From NCBI RefSeq assembly GCF_020745735.1, contig NC_083424.1, positions 48,656,999 through 48,720,998 on the forward strand: a stretch of DNA of 64,000 nt, written 5' to 3'. Under the pieces are notes generated by a model. That model worked only from the letters and a program-made list of their open reading frames with translations, made no database searches and had not been told where the DNA came from. Positions 13,957-24,900 of this stretch are shown one piece after another. How positions within the stretch are numbered: the stretch's first letter is position 1; each line of letters begins with the position of its first letter. Both the position numbers and the translations under genes were made by a program. The DNA comes from Hemiscyllium ocellatum. Lineage: Eukaryota.

Positions 13957-14005
13957 ATGACTGAATGGGTTGGATTTCTCGCCGCACTGATGCTCTGTCT
14001 CCAAA
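13957..14005 (+). CDS. IGL: Ig light chain cluster A, leader exon (MTEWVGFLAALMLCLQ + 1 nt)
   Basis: ttcaccATG in good Kozak context; 16 hydrophobic codons + 1 nt then GTAAGT donor at 14006; phase 1 matches the VJ exon; ~104 nt downstream of an ATTTGCAT octamer. Confidence 0.93.
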
Positions 14006-14145
14006 GTAAGTAAACATGCTAATTTGCCTTATGGCTATTTTTTACGTTGCTTTTTTTGTGTTGTCACGCTTGAGTTTAACGGCCGTAAACGAAAAACAGT
14101 TGTAATTGCAACAAGTGATTGATCTCTGACTTGTTGCTTCACCAG

Positions 14146-14487
14146 GTACGTACGGGGATCCTGCGCTGACTCAACCAGGATCCATCTCAACATCCACGGG
14201 GGAAACTGTGAAGATCACCTGTACCATGTCCGGAGGCAGCATCGGTAGCTACTTCGCAAGCTGGTACTGGCAGAAACCCGGAAATGCCCCGGTGTTAGTT
14301 TGGGACGAATCTTATGATACGGCTTCGGGAATCCCAGACCGATTTACCGGGTCTGTGGACACATCGAGTAACAAGATGCATTTAACCATCACCAACGTGC
14401 AATCGGAGGATGCCGCCGATTATTACTGCGCGGTAGCAAGTAGTGGAATAGTGACATTCGGGAAAGGAACCAAACTAAACCTGAGCG
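14146..14487 (+). CDS. IGL: Ig light chain cluster A, germline-joined VJ exon (shark lambda / type II / NS3-like)
   Basis: ttgcttcaccAG acceptor; [26 protein letters not shown]...SWYWQKPG...SGIPDRFTGS...EDAADYYC-AVASSGIVT-FGKGTKLNLS then G|GTAAG donor; both Cys, Trp41 and FGxG intact; no RSS between V and J; 140-nt leader intron retained, so genomic and not a retrocopy. Class call from recalled shark lambda motifs (WYWQ, short CDR2, [17 protein letters not shown]). Confidence 0.96.
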
Positions 14488-16800
14488 GTAAGTTAACTGT
14501 GGGCCACCTCAACACGAGGTCTCGATTTGAGTTCGACATTTTTGTGGAAAATTACCGAATTGGAAACACCAGTGCCGAGTCTGGCCTAGCGATTGTATCC
14601 TGACCCTCAAAGCCCCGCTCCAAACGTTCAGTTTTACTTAATTACAATTTTCGCGCGACGCCGTTTTCATTCCACTGAAAGCAGCACCGCGATATAAACG
14701 CCGACCCGAGTGTGAGACGGCGGAAGGACAGTGTGGCGTTTTGCTCCAATTCCCTCTCATTTGTCTCTAAGCAGCGAAAACCACTCTCCATGATTTTCAG
14801 TTCTACCTTTCACATTAATCCAGATGACTGAAGTGAACGTAGTTTTTGTGCTGGGGTCAGTCAGTTTGACCAACGCTGATCCAATTTCTGCGGCGCAGTC
14901 ACAGGCAGGATGGTTATTTTATTTATAGATCACCGGACTAGTTACTCTTGTTCGCTCAATCGTTCGGGCATGTCTTAGGATGATTTTTTTTCCCTCCAGA
15001 TCATTGTCTCTGTAATTGAATTGCCGAATGTGTGGTTAATTTCAGTGAGTGGTTATATACAGAATGTGCAGATATTCCAACGGTGTGTAATATCATTTTT
15101 TGGCTGCACAGGTTGAAATGGGTTAAGGCGCAACATAAAACAGAAAGGCATCATTTCAGTACATTTATTCTTTCTTCAAACAAATGTCTCTGGTACACAT
15201 CTCAGGAGAAGAAAAAATTACCGGAAAATACTTCGCGCTTTGGTATTAAGTTAATTAATGTCTTGGAATATTGTTGAATAATCCCGCGGGACGCCGTCTA
15301 TTACAGTCTCAGAATATTCACCTATACTGAGGATGGTACAGGAGCTGTGGTAGAAGGAACTGGTAACACTTAACTGATTCCTCTCAATTTCAACCTGCAC
15401 GTTGTAACAATGTACAGGTCAAAGCGAATCTCTCAGAATGCTTTTGCAGGAGCCGGTGTGGGATTGGGTGTACAAAGTTACAAATCACGCACACCAGGTT
15501 ATACTCCAAATAAACCTGTTGGACTATAATCTGGAGTTTTGTGATTTTTAACTCTCAGAATGCGGCTACACTGTTTATTTGAGAGGGGCAACACTGGTGC
15601 TGGTTAGAAGCGCTGACGTGCCTGACTTTGGAACTCGGTGCCAGAACGAATTGCTGCAGCTTCTAGATCAAGATTTGGAAAAAGAACTGTTTTAATCATC
15701 GAATTACATAAACCGTTTCGCTCAGTGTTTGCAGCTCACTCTAGTTAAAGCGCGAATGGCTATATATTTATTTATAGTACCATGAGAATAATTCTGTTTA
15801 ATCAGAAGAAAGAGAACAAACAAGTTGCTAAACACTACAAGATATACAAGGTTGAACGCAGGAGTGGTGTAGGGCGGGGGAGACAGGAAGGCGGTGCTGC
15901 GGGAGTGAGGGCGAGTGTAGTGGTAGTGATCAGATGAGCGCAGATGGTGCCCAAAGAGAGAGCAGCTCAAGGAATTAAGATTGGTACAGCATGTAACAGA
16001 ACCTCAGGACAGGCCAGTGGCAGTCAATGTATACTGTTGAACTGCAATCATTTCTGTAGTGTAAAAACTGTGAGGCCCTTCACCGGTAAATAGCGCTGTG
16101 ATAACGAGCTGTTGTCTTTCGCGACATTGTCTGAGAGATTGATGCTGGCCAGGGGCATTTGTGTTTGCATTTCCAAGACAGTGATGGATTCTGTTTATCC
16201 AATAAGGACGCAATTAGTTACAAGGTTGGCAAATATGTTTTAGGAAACTCAGTCGTTTTGTTGAAATGATATCTTCTAATTCCCTGACGCCACGGATGCC
16301 TCCGATCCTGGTACTTCGTACGCGATGGGAGAGCCCTCTGCGATTTTCCAGGTGTTGTCACTAATAGATTGTGGATACAGAAAATCTGAAATAAAAAGCA
16401 GAGACTGTTGGAGAAACTCAGCCGGTCTGGCAGTATTTGTGAAGAGAATTGACGTTTGGAGTCCAGTGACTTCGCGGGATTTTCTCTCTACAGACAATGT
16501 CAGACCTGCCGTGTTTCCCCAAATACTCTGCTATGTCCAGATTTATATATATATTTTCGTTTTAAATGTTCTCACGTTGGAGAACCTTCGTTTGGTACCT
16601 CACAGTTGGCAAAATGAAAAACAACTTCTCGGGTTATATCTTCCCTAGAGCTGTAGATCTCAGGTTCCAGTTTAATTTTCATCAAGCTAGGGTTTCTATT
16701 ATGCTACTCTTTAAGTAGTGACTTCGAATTTAAAGAGATTTGAAGGGAGTAAAATATTAATTCCAGTTTTATTACAATTTCATTTATTGCTACTTTACAG

Positions 16801-17123
16801 AACCGCGGAGACCCACAGTTTCCCTCCTTCCACCTTCATCGGTTCAAATCACGGAAAAGAACACGGCGACCCTGGTGTGTTTGGTGAGCGGTTTTAACCC
16901 GGGAGCTGTGGAAATCGAGTGGTCGATAGATGGCAGTGTCAGGGGGGATAATGTTGAGACCAGTCGGATCCAACAGGAGACGGACAACACGTTCAGCGTG
17001 AGCAGTTATCTGACCCTGTCAGCCTCAGAATGGAACTTACACGAACTTTACTCCTGTGGGGTTAAACACGAGACTCTGACAAATCCACTTCAGGGAACTA
17101 TTGCGAGATCCAACTGCATCTGA
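16801..17123 (+). CDS. IGL: Ig light chain cluster A, constant exon
   Basis: tactttacAG acceptor at 16799-16800; (E)PRRPTVSLLPPSS...ATLVCLVSGFNPGAVEIEW...FSVSSYLTLSASEW...YSCGVKHE...RSNCI*; C1-set Cys/Trp/Cys and penultimate Cys for the H-L bond; spliced CDS 49+342+323=714 nt = 237 aa + stop. Confidence 0.96.
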
Positions 17124-17348
17124 CAGAAGATTGTCAGCAGATAAATGTTGTACATTTATCCCTCTTATTAGAGAAACTTATTGAAAACTAAGTTCCCCAA
17201 TTAGCTATTACATGTTCAGTTTTAAACGGAACATTTCTAACAAACGCAATAGTTCAAATTGTCGGCTGCGTCCTGCTTTCTGTAGTTTAAAGAGCGTTCA
17301 CCCTGAAATTATCAATGTTTCAATGTAACGTTGCAAATATAGCTTTGT

Positions 17349-17354
17349 AATAAA
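17349..17354 (+). terminator. Polyadenylation signal of cluster A
   Basis: AATAAA ~225 nt after the C-exon stop, followed by a T/GT-containing stretch. Confidence 0.7.
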
Positions 17355-18255
17355 ACTTGTGTCCCATGATCTCAGCTGCGGTTATTAATTTCTGTCCGAC
17401 GTCACTGAGGCCACTTAGAGCAACATGCTGAATATGAAAAAAGTCAAGTTTAATGGTTTAATCTTATTTGGACACATACGATAGGTTAGTTGGAATTTAT
17501 GAAATTAATCATACGACTTTTTTTAAAAGATACACTTCTCTAGCTCATATCGGTATAGGAATGAGCGGCACTTCATGCGCATGCTAAAGTCAAAAGCACA
17601 TTGTGAAAGTGCTAACGCATCTGGGTTTACAAATTTAGAGTAAACGCTACGCCTGCCTTTTCTTTTGGGGACCTAATTCTGCAGTGCAGTTTCTGACGTG
17701 GCACGACAGTTTCTCTTTTTTTACGAAATAGTTTAACAACTTTAATTCTTGCTCATCATAGTTATTTTGACATTGGTGGCAATATATTTTGTGAAACATA
17801 ACTGCAGATTTCATGGGGCTTTTTACCAGAAACCAACTCACTTAGAAACACGCTTGTAAAATTCTACTTCAGAGTAATCTTGAACTCAGTGCAATATCTA
17901 TTCCTCTATGTTGTCTTTCTTTGGACTGACTAAACAATTGAACATTATCACAATTATAGGAAGAAAAGTTGCTAAAACGATCTGAAGTTTATTTTAGAAA
18001 GTATTGCTTGCAACGAATATTTCATAGATTGAATGCTTATGCGCCCGTTTAAGGTACCATAAAACATAACTTATAATAAGAACCTGGGAAGTGATAGACC
18101 TGGAACATCAAAAAGTCAATTTGCACAATGGGTGGAGGCAGAGTGAGGCTGTTTAAATAAACTCCGCCATCTGCAGATATCTAAGGGAAGCAGTTGGCAA
18201 TTGGTTGGGAGGCAGGAGAGTGCCAACAAAGAGTAAGGATTCATTTCCTCATCGC

Positions 18256-18906
18256 CTGGGTGGGGAACTGGATTCTGGGAGCAACAAGTTCCAACGCAAC
18301 CGCTTTTTATAACATATACTAAATACTTAGATGAATGGGAAGGGAGATGTATATAAATGTTTGCAGATACACAATGCTAAGTGTCACAGTGAGCTACATG
18401 GCATCCTCAATGAAATCCGGTAGAGAACGTGAATATCCAAAATACTGACATCAAAATATCGCAGTGACAAATTACGCGTCCACGCTGAACTTGAGAGTAA
18501 CAGAAACGGATATTTTACTCAATCCTCAGATGTTCGGCATTGTGGATTAGTGAACAGATTTAGGTGCTCATATGAAAAAGGAATGAAAACCAGAGCATTA
18601 TTGTAATAAGACATGGAAAAGACACTCATAATACTTGCTACAAGAAGACTGGAAATAGTGTTTCTCCAGTACAGAGTCGCAGTCAGACCATATCTGTTGT
18701 GGTACACTTAGTTTTTGGCACCAAAAGATAGATACCTCTACCGGATTTCATTAAGGCTGTTATGTAGCTCACTGTGACACTTTGCATTGTGTCATCTGTA
18801 AACTTTTATATACGTCTCCATTCCCTTTCATCTAAGTCATTAGTATATGTTTAAGAAAGCGGTTGCGCTGGAACTTTTTGCTCCCAGAATCCAGTTCCCC
18901 ACCCAG
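18256..18906. repeat. Inverted repeat: ~170-bp arms with a 310-bp spacer
   Basis: 18256-18425 matches the reverse complement of 18736-18906 with ~18 differences by eye; arms look like decayed CR1 RT sequence. Confidence 0.85.
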
Positions 18907-19846
18907 ATATTAGATACGTTGGCATTTGAAGGGGTAGAATACAAATTCTTCAAGATGATCCCCTGATTTTAAGCGTTTAATTGCCTTATCAAATTTCAAA
19001 TATGTGTTTTGTATTCACTTAAATATGAAGGTTGAAAATTGGTCAGGTAAAGTTGTTGGAAACAATTAACAAAACACAGGTATAAACAAAAAAAAACTGC
19101 TGCAGCACATGATGCAAAAGAAAACTAGCGCAGTATTAAAACTGAACCCGATTAGCATTGAAATCAAGAAGAAACCCTTCACAAACTTTATTAAAAATCA
19201 GGCAGCGTCAAGAAACCTAGTGCTTCCAAATAAACCTATTGGACTGTAACTTGGTGTTGTGCGATTTTTAACTTGGTCCACCCCAGTCCAACACCGGCAA
19301 CTCCAGATCTTCACAAACTTGCACATTGCTTTCAACAGTGATGCGTAATCTTCAAAGATAATCGGTGAATAGAAATTATCAAGATTGTCATTGCTATATC
19401 TTTGTTAGGTAAGGGTAGCCAGAATCCCCGAGTTCAACTTCCACCTGCTCCAGCAGTATGAAGAACACCTCTGACCAGATAAATGATAAAACACCAATCA
19501 GAAAATATAGAGCAAAGATGAGCCAAGGAAGAAAAGCTACAGATTAAACATAATCAATAAAATAACGAACGCTTGGTTTCATTGCTATAATTGGATAACG
19601 GTGCATTCTATATAGTGCCAATAATCTGTGTTGATCTGACTTGAAATGTGTGCATCCTCGAAATGCGAATATTGCTTTCAAACTATATTGTATTAAAGCA
19701 ATAGGCTGAGGTCATGGGCTCGAGTTCCACCGTTGTATATGGTGGAATTTGAATTCGATTAATAATGAAAATCTGGAATTGAAAGCAGATCTGGAATTCG
19801 TCACGGAATATTTTTCTTAATTACTTCATTTATTAATGTCCTTTAT

Positions 19847-20138
19847 AGATTACAGTGTGGAAACAGGCCCTTCGGCCCAACAAGTCCACACCGACCCGCC
19901 GAAGCGCAACCCACCCATACCCCTAAATTTTACCCCTTACCTAACACTACGGGCAATTTAGCTTGGCCAATTCACCTGACCCGCACATCTTTGTGACTGT
20001 GGGAGAAAACCGGAGCAAACCCACGCAGACTCGGGGAGAACGTGCAAACTCCACACAGTCAGTCGCCTGAGTCGAGAATTGAACCCGGGTCTACAGGCGC
20101 TGTGAGGCAGCAGTGCTAACCACTGTGCCACCGTGCCG
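19847..20138 (-). mobile_element. HE1-type SINE
   Basis: Near-identical to 9160-9473. Confidence 0.88.
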
Positions 20139-21914
20139 CACATGGTAGCTCTGCTATCCTGAACAGGTCTGGGCCGCACGGGATTCCACATCTACATAAA
20201 TAGTTAACTTTTAAATGCCATCTAAAATGTTCTAATAAGCAATTCGGATGCAAATGATCACTACAAAGTCTGCGAAAAGGAATGAAACTGGACTGAGCTC
20301 CCAGCAATTATCTCGGCACGAGAACCGGTAACAACGTACACCACAAAATTCCTTAATAATATGTCTTATTCATTCATGGGCATAGGCGTTGCTGATTGGG
20401 CCAGCATTCCTCGCCCATTCCTAGTGGCTCTCGTGAAGGTCTCAATGAGCTGCCTTCTTGAACTGCTGTAGCCCATCAAGTATTTTAGACCACGATGTTA
20501 TGAGAGAGGAACTTCCAGGGTTTTGAACCAGTTACAGTGAATGAATAGCACTGGTTTTCCAAGTCAGGTTTGTGAGTTGCTTTGAGAAGAGCTTGCAGGT
20601 GGTGGTTGAAATGACTCCACGAAAGCCGATATCCTGTCACTAAGCCACCCTTTGTTTATAGGTACATGATACTGACCTAGCTAGCTCAGAGCCGGCTCAT
20701 GGAGTAACCAGAACACTTGACGCTCCTCTGAATATCTGTCAACTAGGATTCTCTGATTAGTCTAGGAAAACAGCCCCAGTCAGGGAACTCAAATTCTATG
20801 AGGTTTACCTGGCTTACCTCGTTCCAATCACTACAATGTTATTCTCATGCATTTGCAGTCCTTGTTCTTCTGGATGGAAGTGATAAAACCAGAAGTTGGA
20901 CGAAAAGCTGTACAGGCCCAGGTTCTGAGGAAGGGTCACCAGACCTGAGACGTTAACTCTGATTTCTCTTCACATTTGCCGCCAGAGCTGCTGAGCTTTT
21001 CCAGCAATTTCTGCTTTTGTTTCTGTTTTGCATCATCTGCAGTTCTTTTGGTTTTTAGATTCTGGATTTGGAAACTGCTGTCATAGGATCTTTGGCGAAT
21101 TTGTCCAGTGCATCTTGTAGATAGTGGACACTGCTGCTACGAATTGTTGGTTGTGGAGAGAATGAGTGTTTTGGACGTGGTACCAATCAATCGGATTGTT
21201 TTGACCTGGTTGGTATTAAGACATTTGAATGTTGTTGGAGCTGCATTCGTCCAGGCAAATGTGAAATACTTTTTAATCACATTTCAGGTTTATACCTTGC
21301 AGAAGATTAAAAAATACTTTTTAATCACATTTCAGGTTTATACCCTGCAGAACAGGATTTGGGACGTCAGGAGGCGAGTTCTGCCACGGTATTCCTGGAC
21401 TCTGACCTATTCTTACAACCATTGCATTTATATTAAAAGTCCAAATGTATTTCTGGTCAATAGCAACCATCAGGATGTTGAAAGTGTGGAATTCTATGAT
21501 GATAACGTCATTGAATATTAAAGGGTGATGGTTGTAACTTCTCATTTTGGAGATGATCACTGCCTACTACTTGCCAGCCAAGAATTAACAAAATTTTACA
21601 GCCAGTTTATTTAGAGCTAACAAATATTTCCCCGGTCTTATTGCATTTGGACATGGAATGCTGCAATATGTGTAGAACTGTAAATGGTGCTGAATGATGT
21701 TTACTAGTCAGTGAACATTCTGACATCTGATTTTATGAAGGTGGGAGGATCATTGATGAAGCAGCTGAGAATGGTTAGGCCTCGGACACTTCCCTAAAGA
21801 ACTCCTTCAGAGATGTCCTGGATATGTGATAAATGATCTCGAACAAGCACAACCACTTTCCTGTGTGCTATGTCAGATTCGAACCAGTGATGCAGATTTT
21901 CCTCTAACTCCCAT

Positions 21915-24900
21915 TGTGATAATGCTGCTCCTTCAACGAGGCAATGTTGTCCTTTTTATCAGGAGGTCGTAAAAACACAGTTTCCAAAAAGTAGAGTTTT
22001 ACAGCCACTTTGATTATAGCAAACAAATACTGCCTCAGTCAAAAGGCTTTCAAATTTTTGAAAAAAAAAATTATACATGAAAGAGGAGTGGCCAGTTCTC
22101 CTGGCTCATCTTGACTCTGGTTTGGGTTGTCAGCAAACAGGAGAATTGAAAAAGCTGCTGGACCCAAAGAAGGAGCTATAAGCTGACCCTCCTCTCTCTG
22201 TGACATCTCTCCTGTAAGACCGTGTGTTTGATTTTACCTTTTGTGTCAAGAGCTGTTTATGGGGATTGTTGCAAATGTTTGAAGCAACAGAATTAAGTTG
22301 GGCTAGTCTGCTGGGTTTTCCAGTGTGTTAAATTATTCAGGATTCTGTTCTCTTCTGTTTGCGTTTCATTTGGTAACCTTGAAGTGGAATTAACAGACAA
22401 CCTGTTTGATCGTGTTGACAAACCAGGAGCAGATAAATGACACACCAGGTATCTTTAGCTCAGATAAATGTACTGAGTTACAACGGAAAGATGACAATTT
22501 AAAACAATTGCATCAAATGTCACACACAGAAAAATAATCTGAATGTATCCTTGAATGTCATGTTCTTAAAAATGATGTCTTAATGAGGAAATGCAGACCA
22601 TCACATATTCAGGCAGATGGGAAATGGACAGACGTTCATCAAGTTGTATCACCAGTGGGTTATAGAACAGAGGTGTCGCGAGTTGTGCATGAGCTGACAC
22701 TAGAGGGACATTTACGAGTGAGCAAAGCTCAAGTTACAATGCAAACGCATTTTTACTGGCCTGGACTGAGCAATGGTGTAGTTGAATTTTGCCAGGTATG
22801 TCATACATGGCAGGTAATTGGAAAACCACAGGCAATCATAAAACACACACACTTAATATCTATTCCTGAATTTGAGGAAATTTTTACAAGAGTCTTAATT
22901 GATCACCTATCTAAAACAAAACGTGGGAGCCAGCATTTGTTAACAATAATGGATGGATTCACTAGATATCCAAGGGCTGTTCTATTACACAATATCACAG
23001 CTAAAAGGGTTGTAGAGGAATTACTCAAAATTTTCATGAGATAAGGCCTTCCCACAGAGATACAATCAGAGCAACGGTCAAACTTCATCAAAAGTATTCA
23101 AGTAAGTTATGGACAGCTGAGGAAAAAGAATTCAAATCTTCTATGCACAAACCAGAGTAGCAGGCAGTGCTAGAAAGGTGGTATCAGACACTAAATACCA
23201 TGTTGAGGATTATAGTCAGGACTATCCAGATGATTGGGATAAGGGAATTTCGTTAGTACCTTTTGTGAACAGAGACACATAAACAAATCAATCAAATTCA
23301 GTTTTTGAGCATGAAGTGAGAGGACCACCAAAATTCATTAAAGAGAAATTGGTACGCTAGAATTCAGAGACCACATATTTGGACTGCGTGTCAAATTTTA
23401 GGGAATGATAAATGGAGTGGGGGAGTTGGCTAGACAACATTTAAAAGTATCACAGCATACAATGAAACAGGAAGCAGACAGAAAACAAAAACTCACAATT
23501 TTGCTATTGTGAATGAGGTGTTAATGTTGCTTCCAGTGATAGGTGGACCTTTAGAAGGAAAGTTTAATTGATCTTATCAAGTCTAAAGGTAAATCAGTGA
23601 CATGAGCTACTTGATAAGGACTCCGGGCGGAAGGAAATCTCAGAGCGTGTACCATGTGATTGTGCTCAAAAGGTATTTTGGCAGGGAAGGAAAGCTAAAA
23701 GAAACTTATTGGTTACAACACGGAGAGAGAAAAAACAACTTCAAAGGATTCTGAATAGGACATTCCTCAAATTTGACAATGAAGAAGTTGTCAAAAATTG
23801 GGATAAATTATTGAGTTACCTTCCACAGGAAAATCGGTATTACCTAAAAGAGATTTTACTATTACATGAGGAGGCATGTGGAAATAAGCTGGGATACACT
23901 AACCTAATTATGCATGGTATAGATATAGGAGATGCTGTCCCGATTAAGCATCATCCTTATAGACATAATCTTTAAAGTTAGCACAGTTCAAAAGGAGATT
24001 TAACGCATGCTCCAAGACAACATAATCAATGTGATTTACAGTGACTGGAGCTCACCCATAGCAATGATGCTGAACCCAGATGGCACCTAACGGTTCTGTG
24101 TGGACTATTGCAAAATGAATGAAGTTACACAAGCTGATGTCGGTAAAATTCCACATTTGGAAGACTGTGTTGAAAAGGTAGGACAAGCAACTAAGTTGGA
24201 CTTACTCAAAGGATACTGGCAGGCACCTTTGTTTGCAAAAGTGAAGGCAAGATTGACTTTCATAACGCTGAATGGATTGTATCAGTTTAAAGTCATGCCA
24301 TTTGGCGTGAAAAGATGTGCCAGCCACATTTCGGAGATTAACCAATAAGGTCACTTTTGGATTACCCTACATGTTGATGACCTGGTGATTTTTAATCGCA
24401 CATGGAAGAAACAATTGCAACATTTATCATCATTGTTTGATGGACTTTGGAAGTCAGGCTTGGTGATAAACCTGGCTAAAAGTGAATTTGCCAAACCCAA
24501 GTCACCTTCCTGTGAGGTGTTATTGGACATGGATAAATGGCTCCCTGGTATGCCAAAACAATGGTAATGGGGAGTTCCCCATGCCATCAACAATAAAAGC
24601 AGTAGTACAATTCCTGGGATTGAATGGATTTTGTCGAACATTTATGCCAAGTTTTAGCAGATTTGCTGCTCTATTCACTGATTTGCTCAGGAAAGACAAG
24701 AAATTCCAATTGCCAACCGACTGACAGAGGCCTGTCGACACATTTGAAAGCTGTGTTAACCACTGCCGCAGTATTGGCCACACAGAATTACACAAAGCCA
24801 TTCAAGGTGGCTATTGATGCAAGTGATGTGTGTGTCAGTGCTGTTCTCTTGCAAGGAGATGACGAGAAGGTGGAAAGATCTATTGGCCGTGTCTCCAGGA

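Larger units (their letters stand above)
1..15206 (+). repeat. Segmental duplication, copy A (extends left of the window)
   Basis: Collinear with 48591-64000: same TE relics in the same order, promoter, leader, VJ and start of the J-C intron; spot checks 57/60 nt at the start and 323/342 nt in the VJ exon. Confidence 0.97.

Noticed and set aside
14488-14603. Read-through of the cluster A VJ ORF (GKLTVG..., J-like KLTV) as a V-only product or second J
   Set aside because: KL comes from the GTAAGT donor itself; cluster B has a stop at the same place; no FGxG or RSS
14729-14735. CAGTGTG as the heptamer of another J segment
   Set aside because: No nonamer upstream, no FGxG downstream, and not kept in the dead cluster
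14772-14914. Cryptic exon in the J-C intron (pyrimidine tract + CAG at 14772-14774; also 33359-33361)
   Set aside because: In-phase reading hits a stop after 14 codons in cluster A and the candidate donor (GTTATT) is weak
14146-17123. Assignment to sigma-cart/type I (NS5), kappa or a TCR chain
   Set aside because: Short CDR2, WYWQ FR2, octamer promoter and C-terminal Cys fit shark lambda/type II as I recall it; no database check was possible, so the class name is less certain than the IgL call
18385-18776. Perfect facing heptamers CACAGTG (18385-18391) and CACTGTG (18770-18776) as an RSS pair
   Set aside because: No nonamer at 12 or 23 nt; the pairing is a by-product of the inverted repeat in CR1-derived DNA
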